The notes under the pieces are model-generated. The model was not told where the DNA came from and did no database searches. It was given only the letters and a program-made list of their open reading frames with translations. From Haliotis cracherodii (Eukaryota): DNA of 64,000 bases. Position numbers and translations under genes: made by a program. This document shows positions 38,202 through 50,594 of this stretch, in pieces. How positions within the stretch are numbered: position 1 is the first letter of the stretch; the number at the start of each line of letters is the position of its first letter. The DNA lies in the NCBI RefSeq assembly GCF_022045235.1, contig NW_027266297.1, positions 65,906,001 through 65,970,000 on the forward strand, in the 5' to 3' direction.

Positions 38202-39643
38202 CTTGTCCAGTCAGCACGTTCAGTGAATCTTGTCCCTGCAGCCAGCACGTTTCGAGTGACTCTTGTCCAGTCAGCACGTTCAGTGAATCTGGTCCAGTCA
38301 GCACATCTAGTGAATCTTGTCCCTGCAGTCAGCACGTTTCGAGTGACTCTTGTCCAGTCAGCACGTTCGGTGAATCTGGTCCAGTCAGCACGTCTAGTGA
38401 ATCTTGTCCCTGCAGTCAGCACGTTTCGAGTGACTCTTGTCCAGTCAGCACGTTCAGTGACTCTTGTCCAATCAGCACGTTCAGTGAATCTGGTCCAGCC
38501 AGCACGTCTAGTGAATCTTGTCCCTGCAGTCAGCACGTTTCGAGTGACTCTTGTCCAGTCAGCACGTCCAGTGAATCTTGTCCAGTCAGCACGTTTCGAG
38601 TGACTCTCGTCCAGTCAGCACGTTCAGTGAATCTGGTCCAGTCAGCACATTCAGTGAATCTTGTCCAGTCAGCACGTTCAGTGAATCTTGTCCAGTCAGC
38701 ACGTCTAGTGAATCTTGTCTAGTCAGCACGTTCAGTGAATCTTGTCCAGTCAGCACGTTCAGTGAATCTTGTCCAGTCAGCACGTCTAGTGAATCTTGTC
38801 TAGTCAGCACGTTCAGTGAATCTTGTCCAGTCAGCACGTTCAGTGAATCTGGTCCAGTCAGCACGTCTAGTGAATCTTGTCCCTGCAGTCAGCACGTTTC
38901 GAGTGACTCTTGTCCAGTCAGCACGTTCAGTGAATCTGGTCCAGCCAGCACGTCTAGTGAATCTTGTCCCTGCAGCCAGCACGTTTCGAGTGACTCTTGT
39001 CCAGTCAGCACGTTCAGTGAATCTGGTCCAGTCAGCACATCTAGTGAATCTTGTCCCTGCAGTCAGCACGTTTCGAGTGACTCTTGTCCAGTCAGCACGT
39101 TCGGTGAATCTGGTCCAGTCAGCACATCTAGTGAATCTTGTCCCTGCAGTCAGCACGTTTCGAGTGACTCTTGTCCAGTCAGCACGTTCAGTGAATCTTG
39201 TCCAATCAGCACGTTCAGTGAATCTGGTCCAGCCAGCACGTCTAGTGAATCTTGTCCCTGCAGTCAGCACGTTTCGAGTGACTCTTGTCCAGTCAGCACG
39301 TCCAGTGAATCTTGTCCAGTCAGCACGTTTCGAGTGACTCTCGTCCAGTCAGCACGTTCAGTGACTCTTGTCCAGTCAGCACGTTCAGTGAATCTTGTCC
39401 AGTCAGCACGTTCAGTGAATCTTGTCCAGTCAGCACGTCTAGTGAATCTTGTCTAGTCAGCACGTTCAGTGAATCTGGTCCAGTCAGCACGTTCAGTGAA
39501 TCTGGTCCAGTCAGCACGTCTAGTGAATCTTGTCCCTGCAGTCAGCACGTTTCGAGTGACTCTTGTCCAGTCAGCACGTTTCGAGTGACTCTTGTCCAGT
39601 CAGCACGTTTAGTGAATCTTGTCCAGTCAGCACGTTCAGTGAA
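38202..39643. repeat. ~27-bp tandem array with a higher-order (~734 bp) duplication
   Basis: ccagtcagcacgttcagtgaatcttgt variants; rare variant cacgtccagtg at ~38563 and ~39297. Confidence 0.93.
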
Positions 39644-40462
39644 CATAATAGAAAAGAAATACGTTTGTGCTGAGTTTCGTCCTGCAGGCATGTCAGGAAC
39701 GAATATTCGCGGGACGTTGCTAGTATCAATCACTTGTTTGTTTGGTCCAGATTCAACAATTTACAGACCGCTGTCATAAAGATGCAAAATTACAATATGC
39801 AGCGTTAAACAACAAACACAAACACTGTTTTTTAGCAAAATTGAAGCAATGCAAAGACCAGAGTATCGCATGTAGTTTGTGTTCATACTTATAGACAAAG
39901 AAGTGGAAGCGACGATGTCTGCCTAAAATGGTACCGTTGTAATATTTCAGTGACGTTGTATAATCTTTAAGCAGGTTCAAAGGGAATTTGAGTCCACTAT
40001 GGTCTGTCTCACAGGCCCTGAACCACATTACTTTCTTTTAATGACCTAAATGAAGTAAGCCTAAATTTTACACAGGTTCTGAATCGCCTATCTCACTAGG
40101 GATACTTTTCAGTTTATGTGAAGTTGTTGTTTTTTTCATCAAAATTATGTATTTTCAGAGACTAAGCGTTAGTCTAAGAGCATATATCACGGCCTGCTTC
40201 GTCGTTGCCGTGTGTTTGTGCCCTTAAACCTACAATGGTCTAAAATATTCATGAGTCTGCAAATGTAAGCGATGAAACGTTCTGCTGGGAAAGCTTTTTC
40301 GGAGGAATGGAATACCACCTGGAGAAACATTTCCCCATTCGAAATAATATTCCGGCATGAAGACAGAAAGAATCATGAACACGGAAACAATTATCCATGA
40401 AATGTATACATTGAGAAAAATTCTTACTGTGATAAGCCTGGATAGATGAGGATAGGAAACGG

Positions 40463-40746
40463 NNNNNNNNNNNNNNNNNNNNNNNNNNNNNNNNNNNNNN
40501 NNNNNNNNNNNNNNNNNNNNNNNNNNNNNNNNNNNNNNNNNNNNNNNNNNNNNNNNNNNNNNNNNNNNNNNNNNNNNNNNNNNNNNNNNNNNNNNNNNNN
40601 NNNNNNNNNNNNNNNNNNNNNNNNNNNNNNNNNNNNNNNNNNNNNNNNNNNNNNNNNNNNNNNNNNNNNNNNNNNNNNNNNNNNNNNNNNNNNNNNNNNN
40701 NNNNNNNNNNNNNNNNNNNNNNNNNNNNNNNNNNNNNNNNNNNNNN
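40463..40746. other. Assembly gap
   Basis: Run of N. Confidence 1.
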
Positions 40747-40830
40747 ATATAAAATGGGACTAGTCGTGCCTAATGACGCCGTCAACGACACACATTTGAC
40801 CGAAAGCGATAACACGAATGTCTATGAACA

Positions 40831-41100
40831 GACCCGGGAAGATTCCGGGGTAGAATAGGTCTTCACCAACCCATGCTTGCCGTAAAAGGCGACTATGCTT
40901 GTCGTAAAAGGCGACTAATGGGATCGGGTGGTCAGACTCGCTGACTTGGTTGATACATGTCATCGGTCCCAATTGCGTGGATCGATGCTCATGATATTAA
41001 TCACTGGATTGTCTGGTCCAGACTCGATTATTTACAGACCGCCGTCATATAGCTGGGATATTGCTGAGTGCGGCGTTAAACAACAAACCAACCAACCAAC
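40831..41100 (+). mobile_element. SINE family A, full length
   Basis: Matches the consensus; ctatgaa flanking duplication. Confidence 0.9.
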
Positions 41101-42134
41101 TATGAAAACATACATTGTCGACAATGTATTCAGAAAACGTCCATAGACAGTCCAGCTCCTGCTTTATTGTCGTTTTCTGAATACATTGTCGACTCGTACA
41201 CAACCCAGTGAATAGTTGGAGTGTGCAGAATCTACTCATATTCCTGCTTATCGATAGTTTATTGTGAAAAAGAGACAAATAACAATAACATTTCTGTGTT
41301 TTTTAACACAGGTTAGTTTTTATTTTTAGGCCCGATATAGTAAAGGCAATATATAATCATCATTCTTGTAGCACATGTAATATGAGCATATACAAAACAT
41401 TAACTGTTACGTGTCGACTTTCAAATTGAAACAATAAGTTGACCAAGAAATCAAAACGCTAAAGAATTCAGTGTGAAAGCAACAAGTAACAAAGAGATGT
41501 TATACAAGTAACACTTGTATTCTAAAATAAACTATGTTTACATTCAAGACAAATTATTCCAAAGTTGTTACAGTGGCAGTACACGATAGTGTGGCACTAC
41601 AGAATACAATTATAATTATAATGGTAGCTTAAAATAAAGCCAGAGACAATAATATTCATCCAGCAGCAAGCTTCTAAAATAGGCTCATGCTGGATACCCA
41701 GGGTGAAAATATGATCTTCACACTATTGCCGGTCTTGGTGTAATGTGAGATGTAATGTGAGATGGCAGAGGCATGCGCTTGCCCACTTGCATTGTCTAAA
41801 TAGCTTCTAGAAAGCTCCATACCATTCTGGATAAGTCTATTACTCCTCAAGAAGATTTCAGACGACACTTGACACTTGAGCATCAAAATATAGTAGCTTC
41901 CACACCACTTCTTACATTAGACAGTACTATTTTTCTGACAACTAGTTATTGTTAAAACACAATGTCATGAACTTAACAGAAATAATGTAATAAATTCAAA
42001 CAATGTATAAAAATACATTTCTCTGCCATATAGCATTGCATGTATGCGCTTAAAATAAGTTATGGATAACGTATTGAGGCATTTGACATATTCCAATGTT
42101 TCCTCGTACAAGGAAAATTTCAATGCTCACCCAA

Positions 42135-43290
42135 AGAGGTGACATGCAATGGAGGAATGGAGACCTGTTCTAACCAAGGTCCGAATAGGGTCCCATGCAG
42201 TAGAGTGATGGGTAGCGGTTGTTGTGGTGCTCTAACATGGACTGCAGGTTGTGACAAGCAATAAATTGACGAGGACCCATTCTGACCCGGGTCCCCATGG
42301 GTTGACAAGCAATGGAATGATGGAGACATGTGCTAACCCTGGTCCCAATCGATGGACAAGCAATAAACTGACGGGGACCTATTCTAACCTTGGTCCCATT
42401 GAAGTGACAAGCAATGGAGTCATGTAGACCTATTCTAACCGATGTCACACTAGGGTGACGAGTAATGGAATAATGGGGACCTATCGTAACCGACGTCACA
42501 ATGGTGTGACGAGTAATGGGGACCTATATCCTGACCGAAGTCCCAATGGGCTGACGAGTAAGGGAATAATGGGGACCTATTCTAACCTTGGTCCCATTGA
42601 AGTGACAAGCAATGTAGTCACGTGGACCTATTCTAACCGATGTCACAATAGGGTAACGAGTAATGGGGACCTATCCTGACCGAAGTCCCAATGGGCTGAC
42701 GAGTAAGGGAATAATGGGGACCTTTCCTAACCGAGGTCCAAATGGGGTGACGAGTAATGGAGAAATGGGGACCTTTCCTAACCGAGGTCACAATGAAGTG
42801 ACGAGTAATGGAATAATGGGGACCTTTCCTAACCGAGGTCCAAATGGGGTGACGAGTAATGGAGAAATGGGGACCTATCCTAACCGACGTCACAATGGGG
42901 TGACGAGTAATGGAATAAGGGGGACCTATCCTAACCGACGTCACAATGGGGTGACGAGTAATGGAATAATGGGGACCTATCCTAACCGAGGTCACAATGG
43001 GGTGACGACTGGAGTAATGGGGACCTATCCTAACCGAGGTCTCAATGGGATGACGAGTAATAGGGACCTTTCCTAACCGAGGTCCCAATGGGGTGACGAG
43101 TAATGGGGTGACGAGTAATGGGGACCTATCCTAACCGAGGTCACAATGGGTGGACGAGTAATGGGGACCTATCCTTACGCGGGCAACCATGGGTTGAGAA
43201 ACACACCAAAGTGATGGAGTCACATTCTAACCCGGATCCCCACCGGTTGACAAGCAGTAGAGTGCCAGACACATATTCTGTTCTGGGTCC
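42135..43290. repeat. ~51-bp tandem array related to the SINE A head (antisense)
   Basis: ggggacctatcctaaccgaggtcacaatggggtgacgagtaatggaataat; edge units gacaagca...gacctattctaacccggatcccca. Confidence 0.85.
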
Positions 43291-43589
43291 TCATGTTGTG
43301 TTCGAAACAAAAACAACAACACTGCAGCTTATTGTGGCAGATAAATCGAGACGTACATATATTGTGGTCCATGAGGATCCATGTGAATTTGAAACTCATT
43401 TCGAATACTGTCCCCCCAGGGTTTGACAAAGAAAACAATGATGGACACGGGCTCCCATTGGATGACTATAGAGTGATGGAGAAATTGTAAGAAAACGTAC
43501 AACCTTATGGACAACAACTTCTGGTTTATTGCAGATAGCGACGTTTCAATGTAGATCCTTACACTGTTATCAAGCTAGAGTGAAAACAG

Positions 43590-43851
43590 CGAGTGAGTGA
43601 GTTGGGTTTAACACCGCTTTTAACAGTATTCCAGTTACATCGAGGCGAGGAAAGCCCGAAGTGGTGCAGGTCTCAGACGTTTTCAACTTTGATGAAACCC
43701 ACGAGCACGGGTATGGTGCTGACAAACCTAGAAACATATTCGGGGCGAACCGGCATTCGACCTCACAATGATAGGTTTCTGGCGTGCCCAAGGGACGCAA
43801 CTCTGCAAAGCGAATCGCGGCGCCTTATACGACTGGGCCACCCGTGCCCCC
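43590..43851 (-). mobile_element. tRNA-derived SINE family B
   Basis: Matches the family. Confidence 0.85.
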
Positions 43852-43986
43852 GAATTTTACGTATGTATACACAAAAACGTCAACACCAGAGAAGAACCTG
43901 TCTCGATTTTCCGCCCAAACAGATTCCACTGGGAGCAAAAGGCAAACTGCAACTCGGCTCTAGTTTTATCCACTGGCCCTGAAAAT

Positions 43987-44076
43987 GAGGTGAGGTGAGG
44001 TAAAATGGGGTTTAACGTCGCGTCCAAGATTATTGCACTTATATAGCGACGTGTGCGTGCGTGCGTGCGTGCGTGC

Positions 44077-44135
<59 letters not shown>

Positions 44136-44340
44136 TTTTCACTAGTGCGATTTATAGTGCTAGCCCACTGAGATACCATGCCGCAGCCTTTGTTTTAGCC
44201 CCTTAATGCCGAGCGCCAGACAGGGTAACAACAAGTACCATCTTTTAACATCTTTTGGTATGACGCGGTCGGGGACCGAACCCCGGACCTTCAGCTCTCC
44301 GGGCGGACGCTCTACCACAAGAACACGGAGGCGGTCCCCT
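43987..44340 (-). mobile_element. SINE family D with tRNA head and internal (GA)n/(GCGT)n microsatellite
   Basis: Minus strand tggtagagcg (A box), ggttcggtcccc (B box), then the ccgcgtcataccaaaagatgtt core. Confidence 0.8.
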
Positions 44341-44351
44341 AAAAATGAGGA

Positions 44352-44624
44352 GTGGGGGAGTTGGGGTTTTAACGCCGCTTTTGACAGTAATCCAGTTATG
44401 TCACGATCAGTCAGCTTAATGTGGGAGTAAACCCAAAGTGATGAAAGTCTCAGACGTTTACCACTTTAGTGACACCCACGTGCACGGGTATGGTGCTGAC
44501 AATCTAGAAATATAATCGGGGCGAACCGGGATTCGAACCCACAATCATAGGTTTCTGGCTTGCCCAAGGGAGGTAACTCCGCAAAGCGAATTGCAGCGAC
44601 GACCTTCCTTGACCCCGTGCCACC
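44352..44624 (-). mobile_element. tRNA-derived SINE family B
   Basis: Matches the family. Confidence 0.8.
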
Positions 44625-45226
44625 CGAAAATGTGGAAATAACGTGGAAAAAATGAAGTGCTTGAGTGTTAAAGCCTTTGAGATTCAACATAAATACACTT
44701 TAATTGATCGAAGACAATTTCATCTTCCGGAATGCTATTCTGCTGTTCGGAATGGAAACTTAAACAAACACGTTTGTTTTCTTGTTTGAGTATGTTTCAC
44801 TGTGCTGCCAGCAATATGACGACTGCATGTAAAGCATTCTAAAACATGGTATCATTGGTGGCGTGATTGTAGACTGTTAATTTCATGTTTAAGCCATTCG
44901 TAATCAGAAGTATCAAGCGTGTTGCATACTAACCTGTGTCCCACATCTAACACATGTCAAATATATGTTTGCGGCAATGTTGCAAAATCTACACATTAAA
45001 GTATACGTCATCACGAATAGCTACACAGGGTAGAACTAATAAGGAATTTGATAAGTCTGGTCCAGAACTTACGATAACATCAAGACTTTTTCAGAAGATG
45101 GATTCCAATAGAGAGATCACAAAGTAAATATGGAATATACATGATTTGGTCATTGACAGTACATAAAAGCGTGAACAAATTATGCAGTTCTTCAATCCAG
45201 ACTGGAAAATTGAATTGCCCTTTAAA

Positions 45227-45287
45227 AGGTGAGGTGAAATGAGGTTTAACGTCGCGTCCAAGATCATTGCACTTATATAGCGACGTG

Positions 45288-45343
<56 letters not shown>

Positions 45344-45432
45344 TTCTTGTACTAGTTCGGACTGATGCCGATTTTATAGTGCAAGCCCACTGAGATACCA
45401 TGTCACAGTTTAACATGAATACCCCACTCAGA
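45227..45432 (-). mobile_element. SINE family D 3' fragment with (GT)n microsatellite
   Basis: Matches the 23730-23900 segment in reverse complement. Confidence 0.75.
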
Positions 45433-45561
45433 ACCCCGCGCCTTCGTATATGAAGGAGCATACTAGAATTTAATATTATATGAGCGAGGCCCGATAACTT
45501 TAAGCCTGTAGGTTTTGCCCCTTATGATCAAATCAGCTTGTCACAAATGTTTAATCCTGTT

Positions 45562-48500
45562 TATCCTTATCCTGACTGTACATCTGGCTTCATTACCCGT
45601 GTGCTTCACTACCTGTGTGCTATTTGTTATCCTTACTGTACATCTGGCTTCTTTACCCGTGTGCTTCACTACCTGTGTGCTATTTGTTATTCTTACTGTA
45701 CATCGGGCTTCGTTACCCGTGTGCTTCACTACCTGTGTGTTATTTGTTATCCTCACTGCACATCGGGCTTCTTTACCCGTGTGCTTCACTACCTGTGTGT
45801 TATTTGTTATCCTTACTGTACATCTGGCTTCATTACCCGTGTGCTTCACTACCTGTGTGTTATTTGTTATTCTTACTGTACATCTGGCTTCATTACCCGT
45901 GTGCTTCACTACCTGTGTGTTATTTGTTATCCTTACTGTACATCTGGCTTCGTTACCCGTGTGCTTCACTACCTGTGTGTTATTTGTTATCCTTACTGTA
46001 CATCGGGCTTCTTTACCCGTGTGCTTCACTACCTGTGTGTTATTTGTTATTCCTACTGTACATCTGGCTTCATTACCCGTGTGCTTCACTACCTGTGTGT
46101 TATTTGTTATCCTTACTGTACATCGGGCTTCTTTACCCGTGTGCTTCACTACCTGTGTGCTATTTGTTATTCTTATTGTACATCTGGCTTCATTACCCGT
46201 GTGCTTCACTACCTGTGTGTTATTTGTTATTCTTACTGTACATCTGGCTTCTTTACCCGTGTGCTTCACTACCTGTGTGTTATTTGTTATTCTTACTGTA
46301 CATCGGGCTTCTTTACCCGTGTGCTTCACTACCTGTGTGTTATTTGTTATTCTTACTGTACATCTGGCTTCTTTACCCGTGTGCTTCACTACCTGTGTGC
46401 TATTTGTTATCCTTACTGTACATCGGGCTTCTTTACCCGTGTGCTTCACTACCTGTGTGTTATTTGTTATTCCTACTGTACATCTGGCTTCGTTACCCGT
46501 GTGCTTCACTACCTGTGTGTTATTTGTTATTCCTACTGTACATCTGGCTTCATTACCCGTGTGCTTCACTACCTGTGTGCTATTTGTTATTCTTATTGTA
46601 CATCTGGCTTCTTTACCCGTGTGCTTCACTACCTGTGTGTTATTTGTTATTCTTACTGTACATCTGGCTTCATTACCCGTGTGCTTCACTACCTGTGTGT
46701 TATTTGTTATCCTTACTGTACATCTGGCTTCATTACCCGTGTGCTTCACTACCTGTGTGTTATTTGTTATCCTTACTGTACATCGGGCTTCTTTACCCGT
46801 GTGCTTCAATACCTGTGTGTTATTTGTTATCCTTACTGTACATCTGGCTTCATTATCCGTGTGCTTCACTACCTGTGTGTTATTTGTTATCCTTACTGTG
46901 CATCTGGCTTCATTACCCGTGTGCTTCACTACCTGTGTGTTATTTGTTATCCTTACTGTACATCTGGCTTCATTACCCGTGTGCTTCACTACCTGTGTGT
47001 TATTTGTTATCCTTACTGTGCATCTGGCTTCATTATCCGTGTGCTTCACTACCTGTGTGTTATTTGTTATCCTTACTGTACATCTGGCTTCATTACCCGT
47101 GTGCTTCACTACCTGTGTGTTATTTGTTATCCTTACTGTACATCGGGCTTCTTTACCCGTGTGCTTCACTACCTGTGTGTTATTTGTTATCCTTACTGTG
47201 CATCTGGCTTCATTACCCGTGTGCTTCACTACCTGTGTGTTATTTGTTATCCTTACTGTACATCGGGCTTCTTTACCCGTGTGCTTCACTACCTGTGTGC
47301 TATTTGTTATTCTTACTGTACATCTGGCTTCATTACCCGTGTGCTTCACTGCCTGTGTGCTATTTGTTATTCTTACTGTACATCTGGCTTCATTACCCGT
47401 GTGCTTCAATACCTGTGTGCTATTTGTTATTCTTACTGTCTATCTGGCTTCATTACCCGTGTGCTTCACTACCTGTGTGCTATTTGTTATCCTCACTGTA
47501 CATCTGGCTTCTTTACCCGTGTGCTTCACTACCTGTGTGCTATTTGTTATCCTTACTGTACATCGGGCTTCTTTACCCGTGTGCTTCACTACCTGTGTGT
47601 TATTTGTTATTCCTACTGTACATCTGGCTTCATTACCCGTGTGCTTCACTACCTGTGTGTTATTTGTTATTCTTACTGTACATCTGGCTTCTTTACCCGT
47701 GTGCTTCACTACCTGTGTGCTATTTGTTATCCTTACTGTACATCGGGCTTCTTTACCCGTGTGCTTCACTACCTGTGTGTTATTTGTTATTCCTACTGTA
47801 CATCTGGCTTCGTTACCCGTGTGCTTCACTACCTGTGTGTTATTTGTTATTCCTACTGTACATCTGGCTTCATTACCCGTGTGCTTCACTACCTGTGTGC
47901 TATTTGTTATTCTTATTGTACATCTGGCTTCTTTACCCGTGTGCTTCACTACCTGTGTGTTATTTGTTATTCCTACTGTACATCTGGCTTCATTACCCGT
48001 GTGCTTCACTACCTGTGTGCTATTTGTTATTCTTATTGTACATCTGGCTTCTTTACCCGTGTGCTTCACTACCTGTGTGTTATTTGTTATTCTTACTGTA
48101 CATCTGGCTTCATTACCCGTGTGCTTCACTACCTGTGTGTTATTTGTTATCCTTACTGTACATCTGGCTTCATTACCCGTGTGCTTCACTACCTGTGTGT
48201 TATTTGTTATCCTTACTGTACATCGGGCTTCTTTACCCGTGTGCTTCACTACCTGTGTGCTATTTGTTATTCTTATTGTACATCTGGCTTCATTACCCGT
48301 GTGCTTCACTACCTGTGTGTTATTTGTTATTCTTACTGTACATCTGGCTTCTTTACCCGTGTGCTTCACTACCTGTGTGCTATTTGTTATCCTTACTGTA
48401 CATCGGGCTTCTTTACCCGTGTGCTTCACTACCTGTGTGTTATTTGTTATTCCTACTGTACATCTGGCTTCGTTACCCGTGTGCTTCACTACCTGTGTGT

Positions 48501-50385
48501 TATTTGTTATTCCTACTGTACATCTGGCTTCATTACCCGTGTGCTTCACTACCTGTGTGCTATTTGTTATTCTTATTGTACATCTGGCTTCTTTACCCGT
48601 GTGCTTCACTACCTGTGTGTTATTTGTTATTCTTACTGTACATCTGGCTTCATTACCCGTGTGCTTCACTACCTGTGTGTTATTTGTTATCCTTACTGTA
48701 CATCTGGCTTCATTACCCGTGTGCTTCACTACCTGTGTGTTATTTGTTATCCTTACTGTACATCGGGCTTCTTTACCCGTGTGCTTCAATACCTGTGTGT
48801 TATTTGTTATCCTTACTGTACATCTGGCTTCATTATCCGTGTGCTTCACTACCTGTGTGTTATTTGTTATCCTTACTGTGCATCTGGCTTCATTACCCGT
48901 GTGCTTCACTACCTGTGTGTTATTTGTTATCCTTACTGTACATCTGGCTTCATTACCCGTGTGCTTCACTACCTGTGTGTTATTTGTTATCCTTACTGTG
49001 CATCTGGCTTCATTATCCGTGTGCTTCACTACCTGTGTGTTATTTGTTATCCTTACTGTACATCTGGCTTCATTACCCGTGTGCTTCACTACCTGTGTGT
49101 TATTTGTTATCCTTACTGTACATCGGGCTTCTTTACCCGTGTGCTTCACTACCTGTGTGTTATTTGTTATCCTTACTGTGCATCTGGCTTCATTACCCGT
49201 GTGCTTCACTACCTGTGTGCTATTTGTTATCCTTACTGTACATCGGGCTTCTTTACCCGTGTGCTTCACTACCTGTGTGCTATTTGTTATTCTTACTGTA
49301 CATCTGGCTTCATTACCCGTGTGCTTCACTGCCTGTGTGCTATTTGTTATTCTTACTGTACATCTGGCTTCATTACCCGTGTGCTTCAATACCTGTGTGC
49401 TATTTGTTATTCTTACTGTCTATCTGGCTTCATTACCCGTGTGCTTCACTACCTGTGTGCTATTTGTTATTCTTACTGTACATCGGGCTTCATTACCCGT
49501 GTGCTTCACTACCTGTGTGTTATTTGTTATCCTTACTGTACATCGGGCTTCTTTACCCGTGTGCTTCACTACCTGTGTGTTATTTGTTATTCTTACTGTA
49601 CATCTGGCTTCTTTACCCGTGTGCTTCACTACCTGTGTGTTATTTGTTATCCTCACTGTACATCTGGCTTCTTTACCCGTGTGCTTCACTACCTGTGTGC
49701 TATTTGTTATCCTTACTGTACATCGGGCTTCTTTACCCGTGTGCTTCACTACCTGTGTGTTATTTGTTGTTCCTACTGTACATCTGGCTTCATTACCCGT
49801 GTGCTTCACTACCTGTGTGTTATTTGTTATCCTTACTGTACATCTGGCTTCATTACCCGTGTGCTTCACTACCTGTGTGTTATTTGTTATCCTTACTGTG
49901 CATCTGGCTTCATTATCCGTGTGCTTCACTACCTGTGTGTTATTTGTTATCCTTACTGTACATCTGGCTTCATTACCCGTGTGCTTCACTACCTGTGTGT
50001 TATTTGTTATCCTTACTGTACATCGGGCTTCTTTACCCGTGTGCTTCACTACCTGTGTGTTATTTGTTATCCTTACTGTGCATCTGGCTTCATTACCCGT
50101 GTGCTTCACTACCTGTGTGTTATTTGTTATCCTTACTGTACATCGGGCTTCTTTACCCGTGTGCTTCACTACCTGTGTGCTATTTGTTATTCTTACTGTA
50201 CATCTGGCTTCATTACCCGTGTGCTTCACTGCCTGTGTGCTATTTGTTATTCTTACTGTACATCTGGCTTCATTACCCGTGTGCTTCAATACCTGTGTGC
50301 TATTTGTTATTCTTACTGTCTATCTGGCTTCATTACCCGTGTGCTTCACTACCTGTGTGTTATTTGTTATTCTTAATGTACAATT
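45562..50385. repeat. 60-bp satellite array (~80 units) with higher-order block duplications
   Basis: gtgcttcactacctgtgtgttatttgttatccttactgtacatctggcttcattacccgt; rare variant ctgtctatctgg recurs at 1980- and 900-bp spacing. Confidence 0.97.
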
Positions 50386-50594
50386 TGCTTCACCCAGTTA
50401 AATGTATGCTACTGGTCATATATTACCCGTTGACGTCAATGTAAATCTCCGGTTTATCATAACATGTCATGCATGAATAGCTCTCTTCACTTAGTTGTCA
50501 CTCCGGTGTGCACGGGGGCATAAGTGGTAAATGGGCCGTATTCGTTATATCCGTGTGGTGTGTTACTGTATATGACATCATTATATGAGACCCA

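Noticed and set aside
40249-40815. ORFs spanning the N gap
   Set aside because: Artefacts of Ns; the flanks show only a faint RT-like hint.
41674-41886. Possible terminal exon on the - strand
   Set aside because: No recognisable homology and no phase-compatible partner exons.
45515-50444. Three ~1600-aa ORFs
   Set aside because: The 60-bp satellite is open in all three + frames; no splice or domain support.
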